A stretch of DNA of 36,893 nt from a virus: IMG/VR virus record IMGVR_UViG_3300045988_007631; one strand, written 5' to 3'. Position 1 is the first letter of the stretch; each line of letters begins with the position of its first letter. A model generated the notes under the pieces. It saw only the letters and a list, made by a program, of their open reading frames with translations. It made no database searches and was not told the DNA's origin. This document shows, piece after piece, positions 6,176 to 13,405 of this stretch. The position numbers and the translations under genes were made by a program.

Positions 6176-6415
6176 ATGAGAGCGAATGTCGCAGAACAGA
6201 CGGAGCGCAAGATCACGGTCGACTTCCGCCCTGACCAGCTGGCGGACGTGATCGAGGCGGTGAACGCCTACGCGGACGATCTCAAGAATGATCGGGCGCT
6301 CCTGTGCGAAATGCCGCGTGTCGACCACGAAACAACGGACGCGCTGCTGGCGCAGGAGACGCGGCTGCAAAAGCTGGCATACTGGCTCCTGTGCGTGCAG
6401 GACGAAGCACTATGA
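6176..6415 (+). CDS. Hypothetical protein
   Basis: 79 aa from ATG 6176 (AAGGAGA 11 nt upstream). The track start TTG 6167 is too close to the RBS. Confidence 0.65.
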   Translation: MRANVAEQTERKITVDFRPDQLADVIEAVNAYADDLKNDRALLCEMPRVDHETTDALLAQETRLQKLAYWLLCVQDEAL

Positions 6416-6660
6416 CGGCGCAGATCTACCCGCCGCGCATGCGGCAGATCCCGCCGCCGTGCGCGAAGGACTGCCCCGGCCGGGAGCCGGGATGCAGTGC
6501 ACGCTGCTGCAGCTGGACGCTCTATGAGAGCATTCGGAATTACATTTACGACGTCAATCACAAGGACAAACTCAGTCTGGAACCAGACAGAGCCGCCGCC
6601 CGGCAGTTTGAGCGGGCGGCAAACAAAGACAGGAGGGGCAAGAGCTATGCGGCAAAATAG
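6412..6660 (+). CDS. Hypothetical Cys-rich protein
   Basis: 82 aa from ATG 6412 (ATGA overlap). PPCAKDCPGREPGCSARCCSW. Confidence 0.65.
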   Translation: MTAQIYPPRMRQIPPPCAKDCPGREPGCSARCCSWTLYESIRNYIYDVNHKDKLSLEPDRAAARQFERAANKDRRGKSYAAK

Positions 6661-6913
6661 CATCGACTACCCGGGCGAGCGTCCCGCGAGGCGCGCGGAT
6701 ATCGTCGAGCAGCCGGGATATACCGGCAAGCATTATTTCGTGGTGAATTACGCGGGGCGTCAGCTGACCGTCCACGCGGCGGATGAAACGGCGGCCCTTT
6801 TCTGGGCGGCCAAGCGCTGGGGCTACAGTTTCAAGCGGCCGGAATACCACCAGACGGCCAGCGTGGCAAAGCTCGGCTATCAGCCGGACAACAGGCAGGG
6901 GGCGCTGGTATGA
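6647..6913 (+). CDS. Hypothetical protein
   Basis: 88 aa from ATG 6647 (AGGAGGGG upstream). Confidence 0.65.
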   Translation: MRQNSIDYPGERPARRADIVEQPGYTGKHYFVVNYAGRQLTVHAADETAALFWAAKRWGYSFKRPEYHQTASVAKLGYQPDNRQGALV

Positions 6914-7101
6914 GGTTTGTGTGTGACGCCTGCCAGGATATCACCAACATCGAGGCTGACCGGATGGAAATCCAGGGCGAGAAGCTGATGGTGTACAGCC
7001 GCGGGCGGCTGGTGTACGTGGCGGATCTGGGGCAGATCATGCTGGCGAAGCTGACGCCGGGGAGAGAGGACGGCAATGGACTTAGAACAAGCCGCGATTG
7101 A
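6910..7101 (+). CDS. Hypothetical protein
   Basis: 63 aa, ATGA overlap with the previous stop. Overlaps the next gene by 26 nt. Confidence 0.5.
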   Translation: MRFVCDACQDITNIEADRMEIQGEKLMVYSRGRLVYVADLGQIMLAKLTPGREDGNGLRTSRD

Positions 7102-7951
7102 GCGGCTGAAAATGGCCTCGGATATGAGCCTGCGCTTGTACAAGCAGCCACTTGTGATTACGTACTCCGGTGGCAAGGACTCGGACGTGCTGCTGCATCT
7201 GGCGGGCGCGGCAGGAATCCCGTATGAGGCGCTGCACTCGCTGACGACAGCTGATGCGCCGGAGACCGTCTATCATGTGCGGGAAACATTCCGAAGGCTG
7301 GAGCTGGCGGGCGTACCGTGCGATATCGATAAGCACAAGCAGCCGGATGGGACGTACATGACCATGTGGCGACTAATCCCGCTGAAGCTGGTGCCGCCGA
7401 CACGCATTATGCGCTACTGCTGCGCGGCGCTCAAAGAGACCAGCGGACGTGGCAGGTGGATCGCGACCGGCGTCCGCTGGGAGGAATCGCAAAAGCGCAA
7501 ATCCCGTGGCGTTATGGAGGCCCTGCACAGGGATAAATCCAAGCGGCTGACACTGATGAACGACAATGACGAAAGCCGGATGCTGATAGAAAATTGCCAG
7601 CTCAAGGGGACCCGAACGGTCAATCCGATTATCGATTGGCCGACCGAATCCATCTGGGATTACTGCGCAGCAGAAAAGATCTGTATGAATCCGCTTTACG
7701 CCTGCGGCGAAGATCGCGTGGGCTGCATCAATTGCCCGATGGCGGGCAAGCACCGGAAGGTGCAGCTCGCGCGCTACCCCGGATACCGGGATGCCTACAT
7801 CCGGGCTTATGGCCGGATGATCGAGGAGCGCCGCAGCCGCGGCCTGCCGTGCGATTGGCAGACCGGCGAAGACGTCCTGCACTGGAGTCTGGAGGACGGC
7901 GTTTTGCCTGGACAAATGGTTCTTGAAGGAATGGAGGAGGACGCGCTATGA
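7076..7951 (+). CDS. PAPS-reductase-family / PP-loop ATP pyrophosphatase-like protein
   Basis: 291 aa. PP-loop VITYSGGKDSDVLL. C-terminal Cys cluster CGEDRVGCINCP. Confidence 0.8.
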   Translation: MDLEQAAIERLKMASDMSLRLYKQPLVITYSGGKDSDVLLHLAGAAGIPYEALHSLTTADAPETVYHVRETFRRLELAGVPCDIDKHKQPDGTYMTMWRLIPLKLVPPTRIMRYCCAALKETSGRGRWIATGVRWEESQKRKSRGVMEALHRDKSKRLTLMNDNDESRMLIENCQLKGTRTVNPIIDWPTESIWDYCAAEKICMNPLYACGEDRVGCINCPMAGKHRKVQLARYPGYRDAYIRAYGRMIEERRSRGLPCDWQTGEDVLHWSLEDGVLPGQMVLEGMEEDAL

Positions 7952-8799
7952 TCGCCCGCGTATTCCCGCGTAAAACGGCCATGTCGCCGACGGATGCGCT
8001 GGCGTTCTTCGGGCAACCAACCATCGAGAATATCGCCGATTGCATCAAAGCGGGCGTGATAGAGGTACATATCTCCGTAACGTTTACGTGGGATTTCGAA
8101 AAGGCCGAAGATCTGTACTACGCATGGCAGATCCTCGGCGTGCCGGTTGAGGTCGGCGGCCCGGCGTTTGATGATCGCATGGGAGACTTTACGCCTGGGC
8201 TGTATCTGCGGGACGGAATGATCCTCACCTCGCGCGGTTGCACAAAGGATTGCTGGTTCTGCTCCGTGCCGCGCTGCGCGCACGGGGAAATCAAAGAGCT
8301 GCCGATCGTGGATGGATGGAACATCCTTGATGACAATATTCTGGGAACGTCAGAAGCACATTTTCGGGCAGTCTGTGACATGCTCAAGCGGCAGAAGCAC
8401 CCGGCAGTATTCTCAGGCGGACTGGAACCGGCGCTGCTCCAGCAGTGGCAAGCGGATCTTCTGTATGAAGCAAAACCGGCGCGCCTATACACGGCATATG
8501 ACACAAAGGACGATCTGGAACCTCTGATCGAGATGGGAAATAAGCTGCGGACGGCAGGATTTCGCCCAGCGAGCCACACCATGTGCTGCTATGTGCTGTG
8601 CGGCTACGACGGAGATAGCTTTGAGGATGCTGAAAAGCGCCTGACGCAGACCATGCAAGCGGGATTTGTGCCGTATGCCATGCTGTTTCGCGGAGAGGAC
8701 GGAAAGTACGATTCTGAATGGCGGAGATTCCAACGCGAATGGTGCCGCCCGATTATCACTGGGAAAAAGTTCAACGAATTTTGGAAGGAGACGACATGA
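7948..8799 (+). CDS. Radical SAM protein
   Basis: 283 aa. Canonical CxxxCxxC in SRGCTKDCWFCSV. ATGA overlap with the PP-loop gene. Confidence 0.75.
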   Translation: MIARVFPRKTAMSPTDALAFFGQPTIENIADCIKAGVIEVHISVTFTWDFEKAEDLYYAWQILGVPVEVGGPAFDDRMGDFTPGLYLRDGMILTSRGCTKDCWFCSVPRCAHGEIKELPIVDGWNILDDNILGTSEAHFRAVCDMLKRQKHPAVFSGGLEPALLQQWQADLLYEAKPARLYTAYDTKDDLEPLIEMGNKLRTAGFRPASHTMCCYVLCGYDGDSFEDAEKRLTQTMQAGFVPYAMLFRGEDGKYDSEWRRFQREWCRPIITGKKFNEFWKETT

Positions 8800-8993
8800 C
8801 AGAAAAGAAAATCGTGCAGACGCTGCGTCGCACATCTACACCGGGCGGTCTATCCGAAGACTGCACGGGCTGCCCGTATTACCGGAAAGAGAAGCCGCCC
8901 GCGGAACTGATAGAAGAACTGGGAGTGGACACATGTTTGCAGATGTATTGCGCGGCGTACCGGAAGCGCCGGAGGAAGGAGCAATCTGAATGA
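8796..8993 (+). CDS. Hypothetical Cys-rich protein
   Basis: 65 aa from ATG 8796 (GGAAGGAG upstream, ATGA overlap). Confidence 0.6.
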   Translation: MTEKKIVQTLRRTSTPGGLSEDCTGCPYYRKEKPPAELIEELGVDTCLQMYCAAYRKRRRKEQSE

Positions 8994-9484
8994 TTTGCGA
9001 ATGTTGCCCACTTTCTGATCAGGAAGATGTCTGCCCAGAAAATGAGGGTAAATACGGTTATGAAACAAGCGACGGTCGGCTCGGCTGCAAGCATCCTCGG
9101 AGTTGGGTGGAAAAACGAGACAGAGAATACACGGGCGCGATCGGCGATATGGGGTTGGATATGGGCGTCGAGATGAACTTTACGGTGGAAGAATACGCAA
9201 GATTGCTCGAAATCTGCAAGCACATGATCGGGCTTGACCATAAGCGACCGTATCACCGGCATGGAAAGGCATTTTACCGCCCATACCGGAACTACTATGA
9301 AGACACACTTTCCGGAAATCGAATTTTAGACAAAGTGCCGCGTGACGTTGTCCAGAAAGAAGTAGGAATAGTCAGCACATGGTACACGCTCACGGACAAT
9401 GGGCTGAAATGGCTTGGACGCCAACTCCACATTACGATTCTGAACAAAAGGAAAGGATGTAGACGGAATGGAACGACTGACTGA
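8990..9484 (+). CDS. Hypothetical protein
   Basis: 164 aa, ATGA overlap. N-terminal CECC..C..C cluster. Confidence 0.65.
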   Translation: MICECCPLSDQEDVCPENEGKYGYETSDGRLGCKHPRSWVEKRDREYTGAIGDMGLDMGVEMNFTVEEYARLLEICKHMIGLDHKRPYHRHGKAFYRPYRNYYEDTLSGNRILDKVPRDVVQKEVGIVSTWYTLTDNGLKWLGRQLHITILNKRKGCRRNGTTD

Positions 9485-9998
9485 ATGGAATGGCGAACAA
9501 ACCCGTCATGCCTATTATCCGCGCTGCTTTGAGGAACCGTGCTACGGCAGCGGGTGCAAAATCAAGGATTGCCCGTTTGAAACAGCGGTGTGTGAGCGAC
9601 TCGCAGCCTACGAGGACACGGGGCTTGAACCGGAAGCAGTGGAAACGGTTAAGCTTGCGCTATGTGCAAAGCGCATGGTTGATCTCGAAACGCTCAACAA
9701 TACGCCAATCAGCAGGCTTGTAGAGCTTGCCGAGGCCGACAAGGACGGGCGCGTGGTGGTGCTGCCGTGCAAAGTGGGCGAGACGGTTTATTTCGTAAAC
9801 GGCAAGCAGATTCTAGAATTTGCGGTGGTAGGGTACGCGGTGGATGAAACAGGTATCTCATGGGTTCACAGTGAGCACGTCGATAAAATAGGGAATACGA
9901 ATGAGCGCACGTTTAGCCCGGATAGATTCGGAAAGAACACTTTTTTCACCCACGAGGAAGCCGAGAAGGCTTTGCAGGAGATGGAGGGCGCGACATGA
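9468..9998 (+). CDS. Hypothetical protein
   Basis: 176 aa. MERLTEW.., Cys cluster, LAAYEDTGLEPE motif that I recall from other Firmicute phage ORFs of unknown function. Confidence 0.65.
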   Translation: MERLTEWNGEQTRHAYYPRCFEEPCYGSGCKIKDCPFETAVCERLAAYEDTGLEPEAVETVKLALCAKRMVDLETLNNTPISRLVELAEADKDGRVVVLPCKVGETVYFVNGKQILEFAVVGYAVDETGISWVHSEHVDKIGNTNERTFSPDRFGKNTFFTHEEAEKALQEMEGAT

Positions 9999-10246
9999 CC
10001 AGAAAACGCGCAAAGAAGCTGCTGATGTCCATCGGCACGAGCCGGAACCATGCAAACTGGGGGCTGACGGCAAAGCCGCGCTGGAAGACAAATGCCGGTG
10101 TGGTAGAGGATACGCTGACAATCACCCTGTACGCGAAGCTGCTGCGGAAGAAAATGGACGAGGGAGGAATAACGAAGGAATCTGCATTCCATGCGGGAGA
10201 GATGAAGGCAAGTGAACTTTGGTTGAGGGAGGTAAACCATGCCTGA
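9995..10246 (+). CDS. Hypothetical protein
   Basis: 83 aa, ATGA overlap with the previous gene. Confidence 0.6.
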   Translation: MTRKRAKKLLMSIGTSRNHANWGLTAKPRWKTNAGVVEDTLTITLYAKLLRKKMDEGGITKESAFHAGEMKASELWLREVNHA

Positions 10247-10487
10247 GGATTACATCAGCCGCGAAGCGGCACTTATGAAACTAATGCAGGACGGGTGCAG
10301 CGCAAAAAACTTGCAATCCATCTCGGATATGCCCGCCGCCGACGTTGCGCCGGTGGTGCATGGGCGAAAAATTGAAGACGGAGACATAGGGTGTTTTTGG
10401 CTGTGCTCTCTGTGCGGCGGATGTTTGCCGTATGGTGCGAGCTACTGCCCCAACTGCGGCGCGAAGATGGACGGTGCAGCCGAATGA
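10239..10487 (+). CDS. Hypothetical zinc-ribbon protein
   Basis: 82 aa, GGAGG upstream. CSLCGG..YCPNCGAKM. Confidence 0.65.
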   Translation: MPEDYISREAALMKLMQDGCSAKNLQSISDMPAADVAPVVHGRKIEDGDIGCFWLCSLCGGCLPYGASYCPNCGAKMDGAAE

Positions 10488-10918
10488 GCGGGCTGCGGTT
10501 TGAGAGCATGGCGGACATGCCGCCGCGGATGCGGGAGCTTTATGCACGGCAGCAGATGCCGGGGGCTGCCGCGGCGCCGAAGAAGGCCTCGAAGTATCAC
10601 AGCACGCCCGCCGAGCGCGGAGAGCTGCGCTTCGACAGCCAGAAGGAGGCGCGGCGGTACGACGAGCTGATGGTGATGCTGCGGGCCGGCATTATCTCCG
10701 ATCTGCGTCTGCAACCGCAGTTCACGCTGCAGGAATCTTATGTGACAGAAACCGGAGAGCGGATCCGCGCGATCCGGTACACGGCGGACTTTTCGTACAA
10801 ATTCGGCGGCAAGCTCGTCGTCGAAGATGTGAAGTCCAAGCCGACGCGGACAAAGGAGTATCTGCGCAACCGGAAATTCATGCGGTCAAAAAATGGAATC
10901 GACGTACAGGAGATTTAA
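10484..10918 (+). CDS. DUF1064-type protein (restriction-endonuclease-like fold; putative resolvase/nuclease)
   Basis: 144 aa from ATG 10484 (ATGA overlap). KYHS..LRFDSQKEARRYDEL..LRAGIISDLRLQPQFTL..IRYTADFSY..VVEDVKS matches the DUF1064 pattern. Confidence 0.7.
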   Translation: MSGLRFESMADMPPRMRELYARQQMPGAAAAPKKASKYHSTPAERGELRFDSQKEARRYDELMVMLRAGIISDLRLQPQFTLQESYVTETGERIRAIRYTADFSYKFGGKLVVEDVKSKPTRTKEYLRNRKFMRSKNGIDVQEI

Positions 10919-10920
10919 AA

Positions 10921-11115
10921 ATGCCGGAAGAAAAAAATGAAGCCGGCCCGTGCGGGCTGGCGAAAAGCGGGACGGACTGCCGGTGGTCAAAGCTCGCACC
11001 GGAGCTTTGCAGGCGGTGCGGCTGGAACCCGGAGGAGCGGGAGCGGCGCAGAGCGCTGCCGCTGGTCAGGGGTGAAGATGGCCTTTACCACAAGGATATC
11101 CGCCAGGAGACATAG
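10921..11115 (+). CDS. Hypothetical Cys-containing protein
   Basis: 64 aa. C..C...CRRCGWNPEE. Confidence 0.55.
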   Translation: MPEEKNEAGPCGLAKSGTDCRWSKLAPELCRRCGWNPEERERRRALPLVRGEDGLYHKDIRQET

Positions 11116-11204
11116 GCAATCAGCCGGGGTACATATTTTATCGGACTTATGCCGCGGCCGCTCCGCCATGAGACGGCTGCGGGAGGATCACCACGGCCAC
11201 TGCA

Positions 11205-11244
11205 CCCGGCGCACAGGAAGTTCCCTCAAGCTCTGTGCGCCGGG
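11205..11244. repeat. Perfect 12-bp inverted repeat (hairpin, 16-nt loop)
   Basis: CCCGGCGCACAG (11205-11216) pairs with CTGTGCGCCGGG (11233-11244). Loop GAAGTTCCCTCAAGCT. Confidence 0.85.
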
Positions 11245-11450
11245 GATAAAAGGCGCGTGTGGAACGTGCGCGAGAACGGAACCAGTCAACGTTACCCCAC
11301 ACGGGGGTCTCGCATAGCCTCCGTGCATCGCTTGCCTCCTTTTTATAAGCCGCCTGACGGCAGTCAAGGGAGGCTCGCCCGGAAATGCGCAGCGTTTGAC
11401 AAGCGAGCGCGGCGCGCCGGTGCGCAGGCGGTGAAAGCCCGCCCTGCTGC

Positions 11451-11472
11451 GGGGGCCGGAATACCGGCCCCC
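11451..11472 (+). other. GC hairpin with AATA loop just upstream of an RBS
   Basis: GGGGGCCGG-AATA-CCGGCCCCC. No U-tract. Ends 6 nt before AAAGGAGA. Confidence 0.7.
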
Positions 11473-11491
11473 GGACGAAAGGAGAATGGAA

Positions 11492-11905
11492 ATGTCACAC
11501 GTAGTCGATCTGACGGGCACGGATTTTGGATATTTGCACGTTATCGGGCGGGATACCAGCAAAAAAGGAGACACGGCACACTGGATCTGTCGGTGTAAAT
11601 GCGGGACAATCTGCAGCAAGGACGGAAAATACCTCCGGAACGGGCGTACAAAAAGCTGCGGCTGCCTCCGGAAAGAACGCGCGGCCATGCTCGTCACCAA
11701 GAAGGATCCAGACAAAAAGCCAAAAGCCGAACCAAAGAAGAAAAAATTCGGCCGCGGCCCGCAGCGGGCAGGCTCCGGGATCTGTTACAACCCACTCTGC
11801 CCGACGCGCAACAACTACCGCGGCGCCTGGAGCTGCACCGAATGCCGCTTCTGCCCGGAACGCAAATTTACCCGCCAGTCGAGGCGGGAGATCATCACAA
11901 TTTGA
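11492..11905 (+). CDS. Zinc-finger protein (W.C.C.CG...SCGC N-terminal module common in phage DNA-binding/endonuclease-associated proteins)
   Basis: ATG 11492 has 6-nt spacing from GGAGA. The track start 11486 abuts the RBS. HWICRCKCG..KSCGC, Lys-rich linker, second Cys cluster. Confidence 0.65.
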   Translation: MSHVVDLTGTDFGYLHVIGRDTSKKGDTAHWICRCKCGTICSKDGKYLRNGRTKSCGCLRKERAAMLVTKKDPDKKPKAEPKKKKFGRGPQRAGSGICYNPLCPTRNNYRGAWSCTECRFCPERKFTRQSRREIITI

Positions 11906-11918
11906 AGGGAGTATCAAA

Positions 11919-12479
11919 ATGGCAGGGATCATGAAAGGAACTGGAGGCGGCGCAGGAATGACAGACACAAAAAACATCTATTGGTCTGCGATTGAGACAT
12001 TTGGCTATGATTTGCAGATTGCGGTTGCAATAGAAGAAATGGCAGAGCTGACAAAGGAGCTGTGCAAGGCGCAGCGGGTGACGTTTGCGGGCCGCGGTGG
12101 GCTTGGGGACGGACTGATTGACAACTATGACGAGATCGCCGAGGAGATCGCGGACGTGCAGATCGTACTGGATGAAATGATGTGGGCGTTCGGTGTAGCG
12201 GCAGAGGTACAGTACGCCAGAAAGCAAAAACTCGCACGGCTGGAAATGCGGATCGAGAAGGCAAGAGAGGCACGCGGGGATAATCGTGAGCATACCGCAA
12301 ATTGGGAAACGCTGGGCCAGAAAGGGAATCCATGGTATGCAAAGCTGAATGGGCCGGGGCCAGATCCCAAAGGAGCACGAGGCGCGTGGGGGCACTGCCC
12401 GAAATGCGGGGCATCAGATTGTGAATGGGACGCTGAGACAGACGTATGCACATGCAAGGCATGCGGATACACGAACTGA
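11919..12479 (+). CDS. MazG-like nucleotide pyrophosphohydrolase with C-terminal zinc ribbon
   Basis: 186 aa from ATG 11919 (AAGGGAG upstream; the track ORF from 11526 is an out-of-context extension). IAVAIEEMAELTKEL and EEIADVQIVLDEM; HCPKCG..CTCKACG. Confidence 0.65.
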   Translation: MAGIMKGTGGGAGMTDTKNIYWSAIETFGYDLQIAVAIEEMAELTKELCKAQRVTFAGRGGLGDGLIDNYDEIAEEIADVQIVLDEMMWAFGVAAEVQYARKQKLARLEMRIEKAREARGDNREHTANWETLGQKGNPWYAKLNGPGPDPKGARGAWGHCPKCGASDCEWDAETDVCTCKACGYTN

Positions 12480-12550
12480 CCGTTGAAACTGTGGCCGGAA
12501 TTTCCGGCCACGCTTTGAGCGGGCAGAAAAAAACAAAGGAGGGCTACAGC

Positions 12551-13387
12551 ATGCAATGGGAACAGGGATGCTTATTCGACGACAACCCGGAATACGATGC
12601 GTTCACGGAGAAATTCAAACAAAAAAAGACAACGGACGACTGCTACACGCCACCGCTTGTTTATGATGCGATCCGGGATTGGGCGTGCAGTGAATATGGG
12701 ATTGATCCGGCCTGCATCGTGCGGCCATTCTATCCGGGTGGGGATTATGAGCGTTTTGACTATCCGGACGGCTGCGTCGTGCTGGACAACCCGCCTTTTT
12801 CGATTCTTTCAAAAATCTGCGAATTCTACATAGACAGAGGGATTGCGTTCTTTCTTTTTGCGCCATCGCTCACGGTGTTCTCCGGCCGATCAGTTGTGAT
12901 GAGGATGAACCATATCATTTGCGATGCAGGCATCACGTATGAAAACGGCGCAGTCGTTCACACGGCGTTTGTAACAAGTTTCGGAGGAAACATCGCGCAG
13001 AGCGCTCCATCACTCGGAAGGGCAGTCGAGCGGGCAATGCAGCAGATAAAGTCGCAGACGAAACGGAAGTTGCCGAAATATACATATCCGGACCATGTGC
13101 TGACGGCAGCCATGCTGCAGAAATATGCGCACTACGGTGTAGAATTTGCGGTTAAGCGCGAGGACTGCACGTGCGTTACCAAACTAGATAGTCAGCGCGA
13201 AACGGGAAAGACAATCTTTGGTTGCGGACTGCTGCTGTCAAACCGAGCTGCAGCCGAGAAAGCCGCAGCCGAGAAAGCCGCAGCCGAGAAAGCCGCAGCC
13301 GAGAAAGCCGCAGCCGAGAAAGCCGCCGCGCACGTCTGGGAGCTGTCTGAACGTGAAAAGGGCATCATTGCGAGCCTCGGGAAATAA
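12551..13387 (+). CDS. Putative DNA N6-adenine methyltransferase (DNPPF motif)
   Basis: 278 aa from ATG 12551 (AAAGGAGGG upstream). DDCYTPP, VVLDNPPFS. (AAEKA)5 linker before a short C-terminal tail. Confidence 0.55.
   Translation: MQWEQGCLFDDNPEYDAFTEKFKQKKTTDDCYTPPLVYDAIRDWACSEYGIDPACIVRPFYPGGDYERFDYPDGCVVLDNPPFSILSKICEFYIDRGIAFFLFAPSLTVFSGRSVVMRMNHIICDAGITYENGAVVHTAFVTSFGGNIAQSAPSLGRAVERAMQQIKSQTKRKLPKYTYPDHVLTAAMLQKYAHYGVEFAVKREDCTCVTKLDSQRETGKTIFGCGLLLSNRAAAEKAAAEKAAAEKAAAEKAAAEKAAAHVWELSEREKGIIASLGK
13250..13324 (+). repeat. Perfect 15-bp x5 tandem repeat inside the methyltransferase gene
   Basis: GCAGCCGAGAAAGCC five times with no mismatch. In frame, encoding AAEKA repeats. Confidence 0.9.
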
Positions 13388-13405
13388 ACCGAGGCAGGAG
13401 GAGCT

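Larger units (their letters stand above)
11116..11485. other. 370-nt GC-rich non-coding island with serial hairpins (candidate structured RNA or replication origin)
   Basis: Only Arg/Pro/Ala-rich ORFs without RBS cross it. Hairpins at 11205-11244, 11257-11302, 11334-11374, 11424-11447 and 11451-11472. Confidence 0.5.

Noticed and set aside
7076-7951. PAPS reductase homolog as a cysH-type sulfur-assimilation auxiliary metabolic gene
   Set aside because: It is coupled to a radical-SAM gene and embedded among nuclease, MazG, methyltransferase and Rep genes, with no other sulfur-assimilation genes nearby. A nucleic-acid-directed role is more plausible, though unproven.
11149-11598. ORFs crossing the non-coding island (10937..11317 +, 11149..11598 +, 11188..11715 -)
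   Set aside because: They have Arg/Pro/Ala-rich non-protein-like composition and no Shine-Dalgarno. They overlap real flanking genes out of frame.
11526-12479. 317-aa ORF as a single protein
   Set aside because: Its first 131 codons are an Ala/Arg/Ser-rich alternative frame over the zinc-finger gene. A good RBS and ATG at 11919 begin the MazG-like part.
13250-13324. Tandem repeat as a CRISPR array or mini-array
   Set aside because: The 15-bp units are contiguous with no spacers and are in frame within a CDS.
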